Shown here one piece after another: positions 28,176-34,319 of a stretch of DNA of 34,319 nucleotides. Under the pieces are notes generated by a model. The model saw nothing but the letters and a program-made list of their open reading frames with translations, searched no databases and was not told the origin of the DNA. Origin of the DNA: Bradyrhizobium sp. (lineage in GTDB: Bacteria > Pseudomonadota > Alphaproteobacteria > Rhizobiales > Xanthobacteraceae). Location: assembly GCA_049582465.1 (NCBI GenBank), contig JBAUUA010000250.1, positions 1 to 34,319 of the forward strand, written 5' to 3'. Positions within the stretch are counted from its first letter, which is position 1, and each line of letters opens with the position of its first letter. A program made the position numbers and the translations under genes.

Positions 28176-29453
28176 TCAGCTTGTCCGCATCTTGCTGCTG
28201 CGCACCGCAACCTTGCTGCCTTCCGCGAGATTTACCGTCGGATTGAGGATGACCTGATCGCCCGGCTTGACGCCGTCGTGCACCTCGACTTCCGTGCCGA
28301 AGTCCCGCGCGATGGTGATCTTCTGCATGTGCGCGACGCCGTTCTCGACGACCGCGACATGCAGGCCGTTCTGATCGAACACGACGGCGTCGGCCGGTAT
28401 GATCATCGCCGGCGTCTTGCGCGGGATGAACAGTTCGACGGTGCAATAGATCCCCGGACTGAGCGCGCCGTCAGGATTGGGAACGTCGATCTCGGTCAGC
28501 AGCGTCCGGCTCCCAGGCTGCAACGCGCTCGCTATCCGCGTCACCTTGCCGGGAAAGGTCCGGTTTGGAATCTCGGGGACACGGACCACGGCATCGACGC
28601 CGGGTCCAAGCCCGAACGCCTGGTCCTGGGGAACGAACACCTGGGTTCGGATCACGTTGGCGTGCATCAGCGTGAACATGAAGGTCGATCCTGATTGCAC
28701 CAGGCTGCCATTGTCGATGGCGCGCTGGGTGATCACGCCGTCGAACGGCGCAACCACACGCTGATAGGCCTTCTCCTGCTCGAGCACGCGAATCTGGGCT
28801 TCCTGGGCGGCGATATTCGACTGCGCCACGCCCACCGCGGCCTGCTGCGCCTGCAGGGTCAGGCGATCATTGTCGCCCTGCTGAAGCGTGAGCCATCCTT
28901 TTTCCACCAGATTGCTGTCGCGCGCATTGGTGCGCTGGGCGAGTTCACGGCTTGCCTGCGTCTGCTGCAAGGTCGCCTGGTCCTGCGCCAGCGTCGCTTT
29001 TGCCTGCGTGATCTGGTGGTCGAGTTCCGGGGCGGTGATGTCCGCGAGCAATGTCCCGGCCTTGACCTGATCGCCGATGTCGACATAGCGCTTCTCGATA
29101 TAGCCGCTGGTGCGCGCGAAAATATTTGCCGCCTCGAAGGCCGTCGTGGTCGCCGGCAGGGTGACGGTGATCTTGCCATCGGCGGGACGGACCGCGGCGA
29201 CGCGAACGTCGGGAACGAGGGTGCGGCTCTCCTGGGCGATGGCTGCGACCTCGCGCGCGGCCTGGTAGTGGCGCCAGCCTCCCAATGCAAGGCCACCTAG
29301 CAGCAACAGCAACGCACCTGATCCGAGCAGCGCGCCGCCATAGCGACGCCGCCGCCTCGGCGGCGCGCCCGGCAGCGCCACAACGCGATCGCTGTCGGGA
29401 TCGAGCCGGTCTCGCCCACCGTCATTTTTCGACCGCATGCGAATCTCTGTCAT
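28176..29453 (-). CDS. RND efflux periplasmic adaptor (MFP) subunit (425 aa)
   Basis: N-terminal TM; ARTSGYI...VDIGDQVKAG lipoyl half, helical hairpin, VVAPFDGVIT, LSPGIY, IPADAVV; ATGA overlap with the RND gene. Confidence 0.95.
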   Translation of the reverse strand: MTEIRMRSKNDGGRDRLDPDSDRVVALPGAPPRRRRRYGGALLGSGALLLLLGGLALGGWRHYQAAREVAAIAQESRTLVPDVRVAAVRPADGKITVTLPATTTAFEAANIFARTSGYIEKRYVDIGDQVKAGTLLADITAPELDHQITQAKATLAQDQATLQQTQASRELAQRTNARDSNLVEKGWLTLQQGDNDRLTLQAQQAAVGVAQSNIAAQEAQIRVLEQEKAYQRVVAPFDGVITQRAIDNGSLVQSGSTFMFTLMHANVIRTQVFVPQDQAFGLGPGVDAVVRVPEIPNRTFPGKVTRIASALQPGSRTLLTEIDVPNPDGALSPGIYCTVELFIPRKTPAMIIPADAVVFDQNGLHVAVVENGVAHMQKITIARDFGTEVEVHDGVKPGDQVILNPTVNLAEGSKVAVRSSKMRTS

Positions 29454-32400
29454 TTCGGTATTTCCTCGAATACGCCATGGTGAGGCTTTCCGTCGTTGCC
29501 CTTGCGCAGCATGGCGAACAGGTAAGGCACGATCAGCAGCGTTGTCGGCGTCGCGAACAGGAGGCCGCCGATGACGGCGCGCGCCAGCGCCGCGTTCTGT
29601 TCCTCGCCGGCGCCGCCGATCGCCATCGGGATCATACCGACGATCATCGCGGCGGCGGTCATCAGGACGGGGCGGATCCGGGTCCGTCCGGCGCTCAGCG
29701 CGGCTTCGAAGGCGGTATGGCCTTTCAGCTGCTGCTCGCGCGCGAAGGTCACGAGCAGGATCGAGTTGGCCGAAGCCACGCCGACCGCCATGATCGCGCC
29801 CATCAGCGACGGCACGTTGAGCGTGGTGCCCGTGATGAACAGCATGGTGACGATGCCGCAGAGCGTCGCGGGCAGTGCGAGGATCACCACGAACGGATCG
29901 CCGAAGGTCTGGTAGTTCACGACCATCAGGAGATAGACGAAGACCGCGGCGAACAAGAGCCCGATGCCGAGATTGCGGAACGAGTCGTTCATGCTCTGGA
30001 TCTGGCCGACGACCTGGATTGAATTGCCGGGTTTCAGCTGCTTCTGAAACTCGGTGGTGACCTTGTGGATGTCGGCGGCGACACCGCCGAGATCGCGGCC
30101 CTGCACGCTGGCGTAGATGTCGAACACTGGCTGGATGTTGGTCTGGTTGGCGTTGGTAGGCACCGTATCGCGCTTGAACGTCGCCACGTTGCTGAGCATG
30201 CCGGGCACGACCTGCCCGCTCACCGCCAACGAGGTGGAAACCGGCGTGTTGGCCAGCGCATTCAGCGAATTGACTTTGTATTCCGGGGTCTGCACCGCCA
30301 GATAATATGGAATGCCCGAAGTCGGATCGGTCCAGAAATTGGGCGACACCTGCTCCGATGAACTTAGGCTGACGTTGATGTTGGTGGCGACCGTGCTGGC
30401 GTTGAGGCCGAGCTGGGCAGCCCGGGTGCGGTCGATCTGGGCGTAGAATGCCGGCGCATCGACCTCCTGCTGCAGATGGGCGTCGACGACGCCGGGTATG
30501 GCGGCGAGGCGCTGGCGAAGCTGTTTTGCCACCGCAAGGTTGTTCGGGTCGTAGCCCACCGTGCGGACGTCGATCTGCGCCGGCAGGCCGAAGTTCAGGA
30601 TCTGCGTCACGATATCGGCCGCCTGGAAATAGAACGTATCCTCCGGGAAGGCCTTCGGCAGCACCTGACGCAATTTCCTGATGTAATCGGCGGTCGGCCT
30701 GTGGCCGTCCTTGAGCGCCACCTGGATGATGCCGTCATTGACACCGATGGTCGAACCGTCGGCGAACGCCAGATTATAGGCCCGGGCCGGCAGCCCGATA
30801 TTGTCGACGATGAGGGAGCGGTCCTGCTCCGGAATGACTTCGCGGATCTTGTCCTCGACCGCCTGGAAAATCGCCTCGGTGCTTTCGATGCGGGTTCCCG
30901 CAGGCGCCCGGACGTGGAGCTGGATCTGGCCACCGTCGATCAGCGGGAAGAAGTCCCGGCCGACCAGCGCCAGCATCACCGCACCGAGGCTGAGCATCAA
31001 CAAGACAACGATAGGAACGATGACCGGCTGGCGCAGCAACGTGGTGAGGAGCTTCGAATATCCGTCGCGCAGGCGTTCGAAGCCGCGCTCGAATGCGGCC
31101 GATATCCGCGAAAAGAAACCCGCAGGCGCGCCATCGCCGACGTCATGGCGTTTCTCGCCCTTGAGCAGCAGTCCGATCGTGATCGGGGTGAGCGTCCGCG
31201 ACAAGCCGTAGGATGCCAGCATCGCGAACACGACGGCCAGTCCGAGCGGCGTGAACAGGTACTTGGCCGGACCGTCGAGGAACACCACCGAGGTGAACAC
31301 GCAACTGATGGCCAGCGTCGAAACCAGCGTCGGCATCGCGATCTCGGCGGCGCCATGCAGCGTCGCATAGGCAAGCGGCTTGCCCTCCTCGGTCCACAGC
31401 CGGTGGGTGTTCTCGATGGTCACGGTGGAGTCGTCGACCAATATGCCCACCGCCAGCGCGAGGCCGCCCAGCGTCATGGTGTTGAGCGTTTCGCCGAGAA
31501 AATACAGCACGACGAGCGACGACAGGATCGCCAGCGGGATCGAGATCATCACCACCAGCGTCGAGCGCCACGAACCGAGGAAGACCAGGATCATCAGCGC
31601 GGTCAGGCCCGCGGCGATGGCGCCCTCGCGCAGCACGCCATCGACCGAATTGGTGACGAATACCGACTGGTCGAACAGTTCGCTGATCTTGAGGCCGGGG
31701 GGTGCCGCGGCGCGGATCGCGCCCAGCGCCTGCTTCACGCCGTTGACGACCGCAAGCGTCGAGGCATTGCCGTTCTTGATCACGCTGAGCAGGACCGAGC
31801 GGTGGCCGTCCTCGCGCACGATGTTCTGCTGCACCAGATATCCGTCGCGGACCTGCGCCACGTCTTTCAGGAAGATAGTGGCGCCGTTGACGAACTTGAC
31901 CGGCATCATGTTGAGGTCGTTGATCGACGCCGGCGTCGCGTTGGTCCGCACCGTATACTGGGTATCCCCGATCTTCGCCGTGCCCGACGGCAAGGTCAGG
32001 TTCTGCGTATTGACCGCGTTCACGATGTCGAGCGGCGTCAGTCCCCGCGACAGCAGTTTTTCCGGGTCGATGTCCACCATGATCTGGCGATACTTGCCGC
32101 CGGCCGGCGTCGGCAGCGTGACGCCGGGAACCGGCGCCAGCTGTTGCCGGACCTTGTAGATGCCGAAATCGTAGAGCTGCTGCTCGTTCAGATTGTCCGA
32201 GTTGAGGCTGAGCTGCAGCACCGGAACGCTCGAGGCATTGAACTGCACGACGATCGGCGGCTGGATGCCCGGCGGCATCAGCGCGCGAATCGCGTTGGTG
32301 GCGGCGACGATCTGCGAGATCGCGAGGTCGAGATTGACGTCCGGCTGGAAATAGATCTTCTGGATCGACAGACCGTTGAAGGTCTGCGCTTCCATGTTCT

Positions 32401-32635
32401 TGATGCCGTTGACGTTGGCGCTGATGGAATATTGGCTGTAGGTGGAGACGCGCTGCTCCATTTCCGGCGTGGACAGGCCGGTGTAGCTCCAGATCACCGT
32501 CACCACGGGAATGCGGATCTCGGGGAAGATATCCGTCGGCATCGACCGGATCGCGGCGACGCCGAGAAACAGGATCAGCGCCGCAACGACGTAGAAGGTG
32601 TGCGGGAATCTCAGCGCGAATCGAACGATACCCAT
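29450..32635 (-). CDS. RND efflux transporter permease subunit (1061 aa)
   Basis: DIFPEIRIPVV, FLGSWRSTL, TLGGLALAVGILVDD, RIRPVLMT; two large periplasmic loops. Confidence 0.97.
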   Translation of the reverse strand: MGIVRFALRFPHTFYVVAALILFLGVAAIRSMPTDIFPEIRIPVVTVIWSYTGLSTPEMEQRVSTYSQYSISANVNGIKNMEAQTFNGLSIQKIYFQPDVNLDLAISQIVAATNAIRALMPPGIQPPIVVQFNASSVPVLQLSLNSDNLNEQQLYDFGIYKVRQQLAPVPGVTLPTPAGGKYRQIMVDIDPEKLLSRGLTPLDIVNAVNTQNLTLPSGTAKIGDTQYTVRTNATPASINDLNMMPVKFVNGATIFLKDVAQVRDGYLVQQNIVREDGHRSVLLSVIKNGNASTLAVVNGVKQALGAIRAAAPPGLKISELFDQSVFVTNSVDGVLREGAIAAGLTALMILVFLGSWRSTLVVMISIPLAILSSLVVLYFLGETLNTMTLGGLALAVGILVDDSTVTIENTHRLWTEEGKPLAYATLHGAAEIAMPTLVSTLAISCVFTSVVFLDGPAKYLFTPLGLAVVFAMLASYGLSRTLTPITIGLLLKGEKRHDVGDGAPAGFFSRISAAFERGFERLRDGYSKLLTTLLRQPVIVPIVVLLMLSLGAVMLALVGRDFFPLIDGGQIQLHVRAPAGTRIESTEAIFQAVEDKIREVIPEQDRSLIVDNIGLPARAYNLAFADGSTIGVNDGIIQVALKDGHRPTADYIRKLRQVLPKAFPEDTFYFQAADIVTQILNFGLPAQIDVRTVGYDPNNLAVAKQLRQRLAAIPGVVDAHLQQEVDAPAFYAQIDRTRAAQLGLNASTVATNINVSLSSSEQVSPNFWTDPTSGIPYYLAVQTPEYKVNSLNALANTPVSTSLAVSGQVVPGMLSNVATFKRDTVPTNANQTNIQPVFDIYASVQGRDLGGVAADIHKVTTEFQKQLKPGNSIQVVGQIQSMNDSFRNLGIGLLFAAVFVYLLMVVNYQTFGDPFVVILALPATLCGIVTMLFITGTTLNVPSLMGAIMAVGVASANSILLVTFAREQQLKGHTAFEAALSAGRTRIRPVLMTAAAMIVGMIPMAIGGAGEEQNAALARAVIGGLLFATPTTLLIVPYLFAMLRKGNDGKPHHGVFEEIPK

Positions 32636-32652
32636 GGTCTGTTCCTGCTGCG

Positions 32653-32682
32653 CGCCGGTTGCGCGACTTTGCGCAACCGGCG
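32653..32682. other. Intercistronic stem-loop between the beta-propeller and RND genes
   Basis: CGCCGGTTGCGC-GACTTT-GCGCAACCGGCG, 12-bp perfect stem 7 nt after the propeller stop; no U-tract on the minus strand. Confidence 0.7.
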
Positions 32683-32689
32683 GCGTTCG

Positions 32690-34171
32690 TTATCTCAACT
32701 GCACCTGCACGACATGGCCGGGCTTGTCGGCATGGCCCTCTGCGATCACCAGATAGCGCCGCTGGATCTTGTCCTCGCCGTGCACCACCTGCCGGATCGC
32801 GCCGGTGGCGTTGACGATCGCCGAGCCGGCCGGATTGGTCATGAAAGCCGCCAGCGGCTCCAGCGGCCCCTGGCCGTCCCGCTCGTGCGACAGCGCCAGA
32901 ACGTAAGGCTGTTTCGGCTCGAGACCCGTCACCGAGGCCTGCAGCACCTGGATCAGACCCTGATCGAACAGCGAGACACTGGTGGGAGCCTTGTCTTCAC
33001 CGCCGGCACTGCCGCCGGTCCTGCGGCCTTCCATCGGACCGATCAACAGATGCGCGGTCTCGCCGGCGACGCCGAGCGGCTGCAGACCCTGCGTGCCATC
33101 GCCTTCCGGCACTGCGTTCGGAACATAGGTGATCGCCTGCGGCGCCTGACCGACCGGACTGGTCGCGATCAGTTTGTTGGTGACGGTATCGATCGCGGCC
33201 ATGCCGTCGGCATTTTCCAGCCCGACATAGACCCGGCTGCCGTCGCCCGACGGCCAGATGCCGTGCGGCAGCTTGCCGACGGGAATGGTTGCGATTTGCG
33301 AGAAATCGTCGGTGCGGAATACCTTGACCTCGTTCAACCCGCCGACCGTTACATAGGCGAAGGTGCCGTTGGCGTTATGGACGATGTTGACGTGGTTGGT
33401 GATCGGCCCGGTATCGATCGATTTCAGCACCGAGAACGGCGGCTTCGCATCGAACACTTCGGTCCTGCCGATATCCTTCAGCGTGAACCAGACCTGCTTG
33501 CCGTCGGGCGTGGCGGCGATGTTCGGACAGAACGGGCTGTCCTGTTTGACGTGGCCGACGATCTGATGGTCGGCGACGGTGATCACGACCGTTTCCGGAT
33601 TGAACGAAGAGCAGACATAGCCGTATTTGCCGTCCGGAGAGAAGATCTGCATGCCCGGCCCGGCCGGCACCTTGATGCGCGTCTTCTCCTCATAGCTCTG
33701 ACCGTCGAGCACGGCGACATAGTCCTCGCCGCGGACGGTGACCCAGACCTCCTTGCCGTCTGGCGTGAAGAATGCCTCGTGCGGCGAGCGGCCGACATAG
33801 GTGGTGTGCTTGACCGCATTGGTCGCGGTGTCGATGAAGGTGACGGAGTTGCTTCCGATCGAGACTACCGCAATGGTCTTGTGATCGGGCGAGAAGCCCA
33901 TGCCGTGGACCAGAACCTGGCCCTTGTAGAGCGGGCTGAAATTGCCGGGCTGCGGGTCGCCGAGGCGGATGACGCCGAGAAATTTGTTGTCGACCGGATC
34001 GGTCACCGAGACGGTGTTTGAGAACTGCTCCGCCGAATAGACCCGATCGCGATGGCTCACCGGAATATCCGGGTCGGACGCCGCGCCGGGCGCCTGACCG
34101 GCCCATGCTGCCGTTTGTCCGGACAGGCACAAACCTGCGAAAAGAACCAGAGTCGAAAGGCCACCCCTCAT
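32690..34171 (-). CDS. Secreted YVTN/YncE-family beta-propeller protein with extra C-terminal domain (493 aa)
   Basis: Signal peptide ending AWA; blades SNTVSVTD, FSPDHK, FTPDGKEVWVT, FSPDGKYGYV, ATPDGKQVW, VGKLPHG; AGGAG RBS. Confidence 0.9.
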   Translation of the reverse strand: MRGGLSTLVLFAGLCLSGQTAAWAGQAPGAASDPDIPVSHRDRVYSAEQFSNTVSVTDPVDNKFLGVIRLGDPQPGNFSPLYKGQVLVHGMGFSPDHKTIAVVSIGSNSVTFIDTATNAVKHTTYVGRSPHEAFFTPDGKEVWVTVRGEDYVAVLDGQSYEEKTRIKVPAGPGMQIFSPDGKYGYVCSSFNPETVVITVADHQIVGHVKQDSPFCPNIAATPDGKQVWFTLKDIGRTEVFDAKPPFSVLKSIDTGPITNHVNIVHNANGTFAYVTVGGLNEVKVFRTDDFSQIATIPVGKLPHGIWPSGDGSRVYVGLENADGMAAIDTVTNKLIATSPVGQAPQAITYVPNAVPEGDGTQGLQPLGVAGETAHLLIGPMEGRRTGGSAGGEDKAPTSVSLFDQGLIQVLQASVTGLEPKQPYVLALSHERDGQGPLEPLAAFMTNPAGSAIVNATGAIRQVVHGEDKIQRRYLVIAEGHADKPGHVVQVQLR

Positions 34172-34174
34172 GTT

Positions 34175-34318
34175 TCACTCCTGCTTCATGTTCATTTTCA
34201 TAACATCGTGCGACATCGCGCCATGAGAGCTCATCGACGGCGGCGTCGGGACGACTTGCGTGGGCGACGCCACCGACGGCGGCAATTCCTCGCCGACCGC
34301 GAGCCGCATCGCCGCGAT
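34175..34318 (-). CDS. C-terminus of a probable DUF305 (CopM-like) protein, truncated by the window edge
   Basis: Manual translation IAAMRLAVGEELPPSVASPTQVVPTPPSMSSHGAMSHDVMKMNMKQE*; IAAMR resembles the last DUF305 helix (EIxxM); stop 3 nt before the propeller start. Confidence 0.6.
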   Translation of the reverse strand: MAAMRLAVGEELPPSVASPTQVVPTPPSMSSHGAMSHDVMKMNMKQE

Positions 34319-34319
34319 C

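Noticed and set aside
27100..28257. 385-aa Gly/Val/Ala-rich plus-strand ORF
   Set aside because: Mirror of the PST-rich gene; the minus strand has the RBS, signal peptide and operon context.
30476..34021. 1181-aa plus-strand ORF
   Set aside because: Antisense shadow of the RND and propeller genes, typical of high-GC codon bias; no motifs.

Overview
GC-rich alphaproteobacterial window (repeat type, gene content and gene order suggest Bradyrhizobium or a relative; this is inference). From left to right: (1) a large secreted hypothetical protein with a possible papain/NlpC-P60-like Cys-His pair, a MATE transporter and a nested palindromic intergenic repeat; (2) a three-gene molybdo-hydroxylase operon (tri-haem cytochrome c, 2Fe-2S subunit, Tat-signal Mo subunit) behind an RraA/HMG-aldolase-like gene; (3) two small hypothetical genes; (4) a C-P lyase phosphonate cluster (phnGHIJKLMN plus a PNPOx-like gene, phnF, phnCDEE, and a divergent LbH-acetyltransferase/phnM2/DUF1045 operon) with readable Pho boxes and a perfect palindromic operator, but no phnP or phnO; (5) a ~10 kb minus-strand module: DUF305-like gene (partial, His/Met tail), YVTN beta-propeller, RND pump, adaptor, Pro/Ser/Thr-rich secreted protein, OmpR-type two-component system and a small secreted CxxC protein. 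Module 5 is the best candidate for an undescribed system: a 20-bp motif is shared by two of its promoter regions, two of its secreted proteins end in Gly-Cys, and the RND lacks the canonical TM10 lysine. No rRNA, tRNA, CRISPR array or transposase was recognised. Family calls come from motif recognition, not database searches.
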